64,000 bases of DNA, from contig NC_043013.1 of assembly GCF_006345805.1 (NCBI RefSeq), positions 20,212,001 through 20,276,000 of the forward strand. The letters are read 5' to 3'. This document shows, in pieces, positions 53,160-64,000 of this stretch (positions are counted from its first letter, which is position 1; every line of letters begins with the position of its first letter). A program made the translations under genes and the position numbers. The notes beneath the pieces are model-generated. The model worked only from the letters and a program-made list of their open reading frames with translations. It made no database searches and was not told the DNA's origin. Source of the stretch: Octopus sinensis. Its lineage: Eukaryota.

Positions 53160-54054
53160 CCCCTTAACATCCAGATTTTTCAGCTAAATTTTATGCTTAT
53201 TCATTCATGTTGCTTTGAACTAATCATGCATTTTCTTCCCAATCACATGGTTCCAGGTTCAGTCCCACTGTGTGGCACCTTGGGCGAGTGTCTCTTACTA
53301 TAGCTTCAAACCGACCAAAGCCTTGTGAAATGGATTTGGCAAGTGGAAACTGACTGAAAAGAGCCCATTGTGTGTGTGTGTGTGTTTGTCTTCCACCACC
53401 ATTTAACAACTGGTTCTGATATGTTTATGTCATCATAACTTAGCAGTTTGGCAAAAGATCTGATAGAATAAGAACCGGGCTTAAAAAACTAAGTAGTGGA
53501 ATCGATTCATTTGACCAAAATCTCTCCTAAGTGGTGCCCCAGCAGTCTAATGGCCGAAACAAATGAAAGATAAAAGATATCGCATGGCTCCAACATTTCA
53601 GTGATGTGATTGCTTATTTTTAGAATGACATTGTACGGTAGGTGTTAGAGGCTGAATTTGTCTGGTTTGAACATAAAACAGATAGAATATTTGGGCTGGA
53701 TACATCATCATCATCGTTTTAACGTCCGTTTTCTATGCTAGCATGGGTTGGACGGTTCGACCGGGGTCTGGGAAGCCAGAAGGCTGCACCAGGCTCCAGT
53801 CTGATCTAGCAGTGTTTCTACAGGTGGATGCCCTTCCTAACACCAACCACTCTGTGAGTGTAGTGGGTGCTTTTTATGTGTCACCGGCACAGGTGCCAGG
53901 CAAGGCTGGCAACAGCCACGATTGGTTGGTGCTTTTTACGTGCCACCAGCAGAAGCCAGTCAAGGCAGCGCTGGCATCGGTCACATTCGGATGGTGCTTT
54001 TTACATGCCACCGGCACAGGGATCACAACTACAGCTTATTTAAATGCTAAAGGG
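53160..54054 (+). mobile_element. TTAA-type MITE interrupted by a family A SINE (~53235-53578) and a family B element (53703-54031)
   Basis: The three remaining pieces are collinear with the intact MITE at 59655-59874. Confidence 0.75.
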
Positions 54055-54921
54055 TTCAACTGTATCAGATAGTGGAGCCCTGGTTCAGGAGTTGCAGGGT
54101 TCTTTGCTACTATTGTTCCCAGGTTTACTCTAACTGGGGGTAGTAGCACCTGTAAGGGCTCCAGTTATTGGTTAATTAGCTTGTCATGGAAAAATTACCA
54201 GGCACAAGCTATCACTCCCTTGAGTGTGCCTTGAGAAAGGAAATTACCTGAGGAGGCAGCCTCAAATCAAGGAATGAAGTCCCTCAGGAAGTCCAGTGCC
54301 CTCTTTGTCTGTCTGAGAAACACTACATTATTGCAGTTTTGCCTTGGTTTTGCATCTCATGTATTGTGTAACCAAGCAGCAGATACATCTGGGTCTTAGT
54401 GGACATCCATAGAGATCTATCTGATGGACAAAATTCACCTAATACTCACCGTTCCAACAATACAGTAGCCCTATCAACACTGTACTTCTTTGCTAGTCTC
54501 CTTTTCAACAATGAAGTAGCACAATCAACTCTATACTCCTGTGATACTCCCCCAATTCAATTATCTGCTCATAATCTCACCATCTCTGTAACTCAATTTG
54601 CTGGAGATTTATTTAGTTGTGTGAATGTGTGTGTGTCGATTTCTCCCTTTGGTATTTTTGGATTAATTTTTTCCAATCGTGCTCTTGAAATACTGTGGTA
54701 ACGTGTGTGTGTGTGTGTATGTGTGTATGTGTTTGTGTTTTATGAGTACATGTGACTGTGTTTGTATATCATATTTATGTCTATATGTATGTTTACTTAT
54801 GGCTGTGTGCAAGTGAGTTTCTATATGCTTCAGTGAATGTGCATATACATGTGTGTGCATATGTGAATGTGTGTATGTATATTGTATGTATCTGTGTTGC
54901 AAATTTATGTCAGTGGGTGTA

Positions 54922-54976
<55 letters not shown>

Positions 54977-54992
54977 GTTAGTGTGTGTGTTA

Positions 54993-55038
<46 letters not shown>

Positions 55039-55334
55039 TATACATATATATATATATAATATATATATATATATATAATATATATATATATATGTGTGCA
55101 TTTATTAGCAATCAATTTTTCATGTGATATTTATAAACTATATTTTAATCTCCAAAACAACAAAAATATTCAATTTTCTGTTTCTCTCTCTCCCCATCTC
55201 TCTCCTCTACTGTTTCTGCCTCTTTCTCTCTCTCTCTCTCTCTCTCTCGTACTGTCCCCTATCTCTCTTTTTTACTACTTTCTTTTGTCCTACTTCTACC
55301 TCTCTTACACTTTCTCCCTCCTACTATCCCTACT

Positions 55335-55367
<33 letters not shown>

Positions 55368-56016
55368 CCTCTGTGTCTCTCCCTCAGTCTTTTAGTCTTA
55401 ATGTCTACTTATCTTTTTTTTTGCTATCTCCCACCACGTACACATACACCCCACCCTACTCTCTCACTCTCTCTCTCTTTCTTTCTCTCTCTCAATAAGA
55501 CAGTCTAAACTAACATTGCTGGTCATTTGTAAGTGACCTTCAGTTGACTATCAATGAACTGGTATCAAAGGTCGGGGGTCAGAGGTGAAACCAGTTCATC
55601 CCCAGATACAGTCCAGCAAAGATATTCACTTTTGTTAAGCTAAAGAAAAGAATAAGACACCACCTCCGCCATCACCATCATCACTACCACTATCAGCATC
55701 ATCATCATCATCGTCATCATCATCTTCAATCCCTCAAGATAGGTATTCATTCAGTCTTTCTAAAAATATGCTATTCTCGAAGTATCTGTGTGTGCATGCA
55801 AGCATGTGCATGCATCTATGTGTATAAGTTGTCTGCATCGCTGATGTGCATACATTATATGGAAAGATATTTGAGACTATATCACAGGGTGTGGATGCAC
55901 ATGAGCATGTGCGTGTGTATATGTAGGTGTATGTAAGCAGCCATTCATATATTTAAATGTGTGTGTATGTATGTATTTGATATATGTGTGTATATTTATA
56001 TATATATGTATGTATG

Positions 56017-56047
<31 letters not shown>

Positions 56048-56054
56048 ATGCATG

Positions 56055-56087
<33 letters not shown>

Positions 56088-56394
56088 TATGTCTGTACAT
56101 GTATGCATATATATATATGTATGTATGTATGTATATATAGCTAAGTTACAGGGATATAAACACACTAGCCCCAGTTGTCAAGCGGTGATGGGAGGACAAA
56201 CACAAACACAGACACAGGCATATACATACATATATATATACAATGGGCTTCTTTCAGTTTCCATCCAACAAATCTATTCACAAGGCTTTGGTCAGCCCAA
56301 GGCTATCTATAGTAGAAGACACTTGCCCAGGTGTCACACAATGGGACTGAACCCAGAACCATGTGGCTGGGAAGCAAGTTTCTTACCATAGAAC

Positions 56395-56920
56395 TACGTT
56401 TATTTGTTAGAATAACATCATAGGATAGATATGAGTAGCTGGATCTGACCAGTTTAAACATAAACAGGTAAAATATTTCGGCTAGATATTCCCTTTTACT
56501 TGTTTCAGTCATTTGACTGTGGCCATGCTGGAACACCGCCTTTAAGTCGAGCAAATCGACCCCAGGACTTATTCTTTTGTAAGCCTAGTACTTCTTCTAT
56601 CGGTCTCTTTTGCCAAACCACTAAGTTACAGGAACATAAACACACCAGCATCGGTTGTCAAGCGATGTTGTGGGGACAAACACAGACACACAAACATACA
56701 CACACACACACATACATATATATACATATATACGACGGGTTTCTTTCATTTTCCGTCTTCCAAATCCACTCACAAGGCTTTGGTTGGCCCGAGGCTATAG
56801 TAGAAGATACTTGTCCAAGGTGCCACACAGTGGGACTGCACCCGGAACCATGTGGTTGGTAAGCAAGCTACTTACCACACAGCCGCTCCTATGCCTATGG
56901 CTAGTTTAAATGCTAAAGGA
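56395..56920 (+). mobile_element. 3' part of the same TTAA-type MITE interrupted by a full family A SINE (56490-56896, minus)
   Basis: ..TTCGGCTAGATAT | SINE | GGCTAGTTTAAATGCTAAAGGA-TTAA. Confidence 0.7.
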
Positions 56921-57592
56921 TTAAGAGAATGCCAGTCGAAGTAACTGAAGACAGCACAGTATTGTTTGAATAGCTAATTTCTAGGGAAAATCCTGAGAAA
57001 GGGGTTCTATACCCAAAAATATTTTGTCAGTATGATTGCAGTAAATGTTGTCATCTTTGACCGTTGGGCTACTTAGTGACTCAGCAGTCTTATGTACTCT
57101 GCTTTTTGATTTTGGCAAGTGACTAAGATGCTTTCCATATTGGATGGTCCTGTTCTCCTTCCGTCTCAAACACTTTGATTGTTCACCATAATTTTTCATG
57201 CCATTCTCAGGTTGATTAATTAATTCGAACAATAATTTTGCCACTGATAATGAAGGCTGCTGATGCAGCTGTTATTTTAGTTGATTAATTTTTTTAAAAT
57301 TCAAACTTTAGAATTTTCCTAATGAGAGTTTGTTTTATTCTCCCTTGGGTCCTACTTCCATATTCATTCACAAGTCATGCTGCAGTGAGGTGGGGAAGAG
57401 TGTTCGGTATTGGTAGCTATATCTGAAAAAAATCTGTTTAATCTCTTTGATATCAGAAGCTGTGTGTGTGTGTATTTGTAAGTTTCTGTGTGAGTGTGTT
57501 TATGTGTGAAACTAGTGGACATGTGACTGCTCTTGTTTAATTGTCCAACAGTTTGCTTTGTGCAGATCTGTATTATAAAGTAACTGCATTGA

Positions 57593-58160
57593 AGTGAGTG
57601 TGGCTGGTTTAGTGTTAGAGTGAGTGTAGCTGGTTTAGTACTGGAGTGAGTGTAGTTAGTTTAGTTTTCGGGTGAGTGTGACTGGTTCAGAGTTAGAGTG
57701 AGTGTGACTGGTTTAGTGTTTGACTGAGTGTGACTGACTTAGTATTCAAGTGAGTGTGACTGGTTCAGGGTTAAAGTGAGTATGACTAGTTCAGTGTTGG
57801 AGTGAGTGTGACTGGTTTCGTGTTGGAGTGAGTGTGACTGGTTTAGTGTTGGAGTGAGTGTGACTGGTTTAGTGTTGGAGTGAGTGTGACTGGTTTAGTG
57901 TTGGAGTGAGTGTGACTGGTTTAGTGTTGGAGTGAGTGTGACTGGTTTAGTGTTCAAGTAAGTGTAACTGGTTTAGTGTTTGACTGAATGTGACTAGTTC
58001 AGTGTGGGAGTGAGTGTGATTGGTTTCGTGTTGGAGTGAGTGTGACTGGTTTAGTGTTTGACTGAGTGTGACTAGTTCAGTGTTGGAGTGAGTGTGACAG
58101 GTTCAGAGTTGGAGTGAGTGTGGCTAGTTTGATGCTGGAGTGAATGTGGTTGGTTTGGTG
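57593..58160. repeat. 26-bp minisatellite, about 22 units
   Basis: GAGTGAGTGTGACTGGTTTAGTGTTG; central units (about 57810-57950) nearly identical, flanks diverged. Confidence 0.93.
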
Positions 58161-58343
58161 CTTCATATGTGACCTTCTAATTATATCATTAATCAAAGAT
58201 ACCAGAAAAACTGGAATTTCTTTTTGATATAAAACGTGAACATGCAGTTTATAATTAAGTTCACTAAGTGTGATGAATGAAATTCTCAGCCTTTGTGCTA
58301 CTTATGGCTACATATGTATCTAAGTTTACAGCCAAATAAACCA

Positions 58344-58438
<95 letters not shown>

Positions 58439-58522
58439 CTCTCATATGTGTTTAGTAAATTATCTTATAAATTCATTATGTTTATTCTGCTTTAATTCTT
58501 TCAGCTGTCCAAATGTCTGAAG

Positions 58523-58657
58523 ATGGCACTGCATAAAGGAACATTGTCGATATTTGAGAACAATGTTGGGATAAGTGATGCTGTCCTCTTGGATCCAATG
58601 ACAGAGGATGCCTTTATACAAAACCTTAACGAACGATTTAATCATCAGCAAATTTAC
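58523..58657 (+). CDS. myo1: First recognisable coding exon of an unconventional class I myosin (closest to MYO1A/MYO1B type by recall)
   Basis: MALHKGTLSIFENNVGISDAVLLDPMTEDAFIQNLNERFNHQQIY matches the myosin-I head start (G..D.VLL.P..E..F..NL..RF....IY, normally followed by TYIG). Acceptor TTCTTTCAG ends 58504; GTAAGT donor at 58658 (phase 0); strong Kozak GAAGATGG. Confidence 0.9.
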
Positions 58658-59654
58658 GTAAGTGTCTTTGGAAATATATTTATGTCAACACTCTGGTTTA
58701 ACTCTTTTGTACTCAGACTACTCTGACAAATGTAATATTTATTTATTCTCATTGTTTTGAATTAATAATGCATTATCTGTGTGTGTGTGTGTGTGTTTGT
58801 TTACATTCTGTGGCATCACTTGAAGCCATTTGAATGAAACAGCTTCTCTGTTAAGCTTTTTGCTTTCAGATTACTCTGTCAAATGTAAAGCTTATTTATT
58901 CATATTGTTTTGAATTAATCATGCATTGTCTTGTAGCTTTGAGATTTTGATGATGTGATTGTATGTTTTTAGGATGACATTGTGGGGTCAGTGTGAGAGA
59001 CTAGATCTGATCAGTTTGAACATAAAACATGTAGAATATTTGGGCCGGATATGGCTGGTTTAAGAGCAGGACTAAAGTAGAATATGGTACTATAGGTTGG
59101 AATGGGTAGTGTACTGTGGGGCAGGGTACTTGTTCTGTACTGTAGTATGGATAGGGTACTGATCTATGCTAAAGAGGGAAGAGAGAATGGTTTAGTTTGT
59201 AAGGGTAAAAAGAGTATTCTTGGTGAGATACAATACTGTGGGTTTGTTGGGAGGAGAGTACTGGTCTGCAATTTAGGGTGGATCAGGTATTGTTGGGTAG
59301 ATAGAGTACTGGAGATGGAAACAGAGTACTGATTCTGTACAACAAGGTTATAGAGAGAGATATTCTTGGGTTTGATTGATAGTTTGTATTCTAATTGTAA
59401 ACCTCAGGTAAGTTTTCATCCAGGTGATATTAAGGCCATATGCATCTTATTCCCCATCATTCACTCATCGTTTACCCCTCTGGCATAGCATATCTAGAGG
59501 TACATTATCTAATGTTATATACTACTGAATAAATCTACAGATTTAGGCTGTCACTTGGCATGCATGCGTGCATTTGTATGTGAATTGAGTTCGATTAAAT
59601 TATACTGGGCTTTTGCAGTGTGTCCATGTTTTAGAATGATAAGGTGTGGTTTAA

Positions 59655-59874
59655 CCCTTTAGTGTTCAGATTACTCTGTCAAATATAATGCTTTTTCATT
59701 CACATTGTTTTGAATTAATCCTGCATTATCTTGTAGCTCTGAGAATTTGATGATGTGATGGTTTATTATGAAGATGTCATTGTAGGATATGAGTGAGATG
59801 CCAGATCTAGATGGTTTGAACATAAAAGAAGTAGAAAATTTGGGCCGGATATGGCCGGTTTAAATGCTAAAGGG
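59655..59874 (+). mobile_element. Intact piggyBac-like MITE
   Basis: TTAA-CCCTTTAG...CTAAAGGG-TTAA; further partial copies at about 58700-58780 and 58850-59062. Confidence 0.8.
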
Positions 59875-60329
59875 TTAAAGGAAATTTGACTGCTGTTTCT
59901 AGCAGGCTTAGTAATCCTATAAAGAACTTCATTCCAATGGATGGCTTTCCTCTGTTTTAAATGATGAATGTATAACATTTTGACTTGAGTCTTCTCTGTA
60001 ATCTAATTGAACTTAATGGTTGAACCATTGTTTGGTTTCAATCACGTTTCACTGCTTTCCCTGTTTTAACCATCACCATTAACAATCATCCAGCTAAGTG
60101 GTTGTCGTCATCATCATCGTGGTCGTCGTCATCATCGTCGTGGTCGTCCTCCTCCTCCTCCTTGTGCCATCAACAAACCTCTCCTGGTGACTGTCATGCC
60201 CACAAAGAAGAAACATGAAATAAATGTCGTCCAATAGATACTCTCTGGCAGAGTTGGAACATCTATGATTAAGGTTGTTCCAACTTTAATCACCGATGTG
60301 ACATTAATAGATATTAAAGTGATGATGAT

Positions 60330-60335
60330 GAAGAA

Positions 60336-60366
<31 letters not shown>

Positions 60367-60568
60367 AAGAAGAAGAAGGTGGTGGTGGTTTTGGTGGTGG
60401 TGGTGGTGGTTTTGGTGGTGGTGGTTTTGGTGGTGGTGGTGGTGGTGGTGGTGATGGTGGTTTTGGTGATGGTGGTGGTTTTGGTGGTGGTAATGGTTTT
60501 GGTGGTGGTGATGGTGGTTTTGGTATTGGTGGTGTTGTTGTTGGTGGTGATGGTTTTGGTGGTAGTGA
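60330..60568. repeat. (GAA)n followed by (GGT)n compound trinucleotide tract
   Basis: Direct reading. Confidence 0.95.
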
Positions 60569-60888
60569 CAATAAATCACTTCATTTCACGTTTTTAGTTT
60601 GCCTCAGTTCACTCAGCCGTACATGGGCAGTCTTGCAATTGACTAGCATTCCACATTCTTTTAGAAGGGGGAATGCTTGCTTGTGTACTTAGACAGCAGG
60701 TTGGCATTATTTGAATGCTACAGCTACGCGAGGAAGCACATTGTGAGCAGTGGTGTATAACAACATCTGGCAGTCTGACTAATAACAATGCTTCCTCACA
60801 TCGCAATAGCATTTGAACGATGCCACCCTCCTGGGTATGTGTACAGGCAAACACCTTCCCCAAGGTTAAGGCACTTTCCCTAGGGTTA

Positions 60889-61122
60889 AAGCAGTGAGCT
60901 GGCAGAAACGTTAGCCTGCTGGGCAAAATGCTTAGCGGTATTCCGTCTGCCGTTACGTTGTGAGTTCAAATTCCGCCGAGGTCGACTGTGTCTTTCATCC
61001 TTTCAGGGTCAATTAAATAAGTACCAGTTACACACTGGGGTTGATATAATCGACTTAATCCGTTTGTCTGTCCTTGTTTGTCCCCTCTATGTTTAGTCCC
61101 TTGTGGGCAATGAAGAAATAAG
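60889..61122 (+). mobile_element. SINE family D, near-intact
   Basis: Aligns along its length with 23522-23756. Confidence 0.8.
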
Positions 61123-61616
61123 AAACACTTACCCCCAAGGGAATGTAGAATGCCACTTACAACTGACTGGACTGGAGCAACTTGAAAACATAAAATGAAA
61201 TGATTTACTCAAGAACAGAATACCCCACTGGTCTGAAAAGGAAAACCAAGATTTTGTGATTGTTAGTGAGTGTGTGGTGGGGCCTGTGTAGGTTAAAGTA
61301 GAAAGGAGAGGCAAACAGTTTAGCAAGTTGAGTCTTGCCAAATTGTTTGCCTCCCCTTTCTACTTTAACCTATACCTACTGACTCAAGAGGAAGCCACTT
61401 CTAGCTGCTTTGAATAAGGCAGTCACAACACTACAACTTCAACTGCCTTTCACACTGGAATTTAAGCAGCATATCTATTTGAGCAACTGTAGCACATACC
61501 TATTTGAGCAACTGTAGCACATACCTATTAGTTTAGCTCACCTTGATGAAAACTTCTATCTTTTATAAAATATTTGTGTCCAACCTATACTAGCATGGAG
61601 AATGTATGTTAAATGA

Positions 61617-61665
<49 letters not shown>

Positions 61666-61682
61666 ATATACATATATATATA

Positions 61683-61753
61683 CTTTATTTTAAGCAGCAG
61701 AAAATTCAACAAAATCTGTTACTCTGAGTTTCTCGTTGCCGTTCATCAGACAG
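61683..61753 (-). ncRNA. Solo hammerhead-containing pLTR fragment, same family as 19392-19549
   Basis: Minus strand CTGT|CTGATGA|a-cg-gcaa-cg-a|GAAA|ctc-a-gag|TA|ACAG followed by AATAAA; flanked by (TA)n. Confidence 0.68.
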
Positions 61754-61759
61754 ATATAT

Positions 61760-62072
61760 ATATATCATGTAATCATGTGACCAACTGGGCTATCAGATGT
61801 TGCTGAACATCGCTGGTCACAATGCACTTTGCATTGTTTTAGCCTTCAAATGATGCCACCCTGCTGGCTAAGCGAACAGGCCAACAGAATAATGAGTTAG
61901 AGAAAGTTGTGGCAAAAGAGTACAGCAGGCATTGCCACCTACCCCTGCCAGAGCCTCGTGGAGCTTTAGGTGCTTTCGCTCAATAAACGCTCACAATGCC
62001 CTGTCTGGGAATCAAAACCGCGATCCTCCGACCGCGAGTCCGCTGCCCTAACCACTGGGCCATTGCGCCTCC
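61760..62072 (-). mobile_element. SINE family C with a third tail type (T3)
   Basis: Family C head at ~61905-62072; tail GGGTGGCATCATTTGAAGGC.. also seen at about 60690-60830. Confidence 0.72.
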
Positions 62073-62472
62073 ACACACACACACACACACACATATATAT
62101 AAATAGGAAATAGTAGCACAGCAAGGCACCAATGTTTGAAGGAAATAGCAGTCAATAACCATACGACAATATGTAAAGCTTCACTGAATGTAGAAAGGCA
62201 GAAATGTGTGAGGGCAGAGAACATAAAATATTTTCATCTTACCTCATACATCTTTGCCTCTATATATTCAGTTTAGCTTCACATAGCATTGTATGGTTAT
62301 CAACTGCTATTTCCAGGAAACATTGGTGCCTTGTTGTGCCACTATTTCCTATTTTTGATTCAACATTTACAGTGCTTATCGCTGCAAAATAATACTAATT
62401 TATTGTAAAAATATTCATAATTTGATATATATATATATACATATATATATCATCATCATCGTTTAACGTCCG

Positions 62473-62505
<33 letters not shown>

Positions 62506-62914
62506 CACACACACATATCATCAGTTGGTTGTCTACAAGTCAGGAAAGAAAAAAAAAAGAAACTCTAAAAGAGAGATTGACCAGTAATACTTTTTTTATA
62601 TCATTGAGCAGTATATTCCTGATTATGGCATATAACTGGTCAGAAAGTAAAGTTACCAATAGTTATGCACCTACTTTTGCACTCATTAATAATGATGATT
62701 CTTCAGGAATGCTGGCTAATTGAAGTGCACAGTCTATTTTATGCTGGTGATGAATAAGAAATGGACAGAAAGGAGAAAGTGATGAAAGTTGAAGATTTAT
62801 TACATTTTTCGGGAGAATAAAACATAGTTGCCTCCATTGGTATGATTATAGCCATGGCTGAAGGGACCCAGCTGTGTCTGCATATGCTCCTTTGTCCAAA
62901 AAGGGGGATAACCA

Positions 62915-63160
62915 CATTTGAAAAATGAATTTTCTGTAATGAGGACATCGACAAAAAATTTCACTTTTTGAGTTCAGGAAGGTACCCAGAGCGTGTGAAA
63001 TTTCTTTAAAATTATTTTCTTCTTTACAAAACAAACTTGCACTACTTACTTCCACTCAGATAATGGCCCACATTGTTCCTGCAATTTCCAGTTGGTTATG
63101 TACAATGTTCCTTCCCCTTTTATATAGCTGGCTAATGTTATAATGTTGCACCTTTTCATC
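62915..63160 (-). pseudogene. Decayed PLE GIY-YIG C-terminal fragment
   Basis: With frameshifts reads LASYIKGEGTLYITNWKL..Y..GSK*CK..KEE..FLNSKSEIFCRCPHYRKF, collinear with LSKLIW..W..CNLC..N..RCPH of the 701-1306 ORF. Confidence 0.6.
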
Positions 63161-63713
63161 CCCTTTTTTTTCATTTTATTCCACTATTTATCGCCACTGA
63201 GTGAACAAAGACTGAATATTCACCTCCAGGATACACTAACGCATGCACTTCCGGCCAGAATGTCTGAAGAGACATCAATATTTTCAAGTGAAATAGTAGG
63301 TGTGTAACAGTCGATAACTTTCTGACAGGTTATACGCCATAAGCGAGAACATACTACTTGACAACATAAAAGCATAAGCATCATCATCATCATCATTGTT
63401 ATCATCATCATCATCGTCATCATCATCATCATCATACTCATCCCCATTTAACTTCTACTTTCCCATGCTTGCATGTATCAGAGAAAATTTGATGAAGTAG
63501 ATTTTCTATGGCTCAACGCCTTTACTGTCACCAATATATAGGTGCAGATGTGGCTGTTTGGTAAGAAGCTTGCTTCCCAACCACATGGTTCCAGGTTCAG
63601 TTCCCACTGTGTGACACCTTGGGTGAGTGTCTTCTACTATAGCCTCACTCCGACCAAAACCTTGTAAGTGGATTTGGTAGATGGAAATATATATATATAT
63701 GCACATATACAGA

Positions 63714-63750
<37 letters not shown>

Positions 63751-63751
<1 letters not shown>

Positions 63752-64000
63752 GGTGCAGGAGTGGCTGTGTGGTAAGTAGCTTGCTTACCAACCACATGGT
63801 TCTGGGTTCATTCCCACCGCATGGCACCTTGGGCAAGTGTCTTCTACTATAGCCCCGGGGCGACCAAAGCCTTGTGAGTGGATTCGGTAGACAGAAACTG
63901 AAAGAAGCCCATCGTATATATATATATATATATTATATATATATATATATATATATGTACATATATATGTGTGTGTATACGTTTGTGTGTCTGTGTTTGT
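63751..64000 (+). mobile_element. SINE family A head and microsatellite (runs off the window); another head at 63540-63690
   Basis: Canonical A head module. Confidence 0.8.

Noticed and set aside
60265-60597. Extensin-like Pro/Lys/Ser ORF and poly-Val ORF
   Set aside because: Frames of the (GAA)n(GGT)n microsatellite.
60690-60830. Imperfect long hairpin as a possible ncRNA
   Set aside because: Explained by two oppositely oriented fragments of SINE tail T3.
63262-63300. CTGAAGA..GAAA on the + strand
   Set aside because: No convincing stems I-III.

Overview
AT-rich, microsatellite-saturated animal genomic DNA; the SINE repertoire points to a cephalopod, probably Octopus (inference from recalled repeat families, no database search run). 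Only one host coding exon is recognisable: the N-terminal coding exon of a class I unconventional myosin (58523-58657, +), whose remaining exons should lie downstream of the window. The rest is mobile-element and tandem-repeat DNA: at least five tRNA-derived or LINE-tailed SINE families (A-E, my labels), Penelope-like element (PLE) pieces, decayed HERO-type, CR1/L2-type and RTE LINE fragments, two non-autonomous Helitrons, TTAA and mariner-type MITEs, a 21-unit 150-bp satellite, a 1229-bp tandem duplication and several minisatellites. The most striking pattern is four head-to-head fold-back inserts sitting in or beside (TA)n tracts (1-1404, 19321-19549, 26141-26840, 46687-46881). Three carry a type I hammerhead ribozyme fold in both polarities, from three unrelated sequence families, and a solo hammerhead copy lies at 61683-61753. 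Nearly all ORFs in the supplied track are microsatellite or SINE artefacts. SINE and degenerate-element boundaries are approximate (about +/-10-20 nt).
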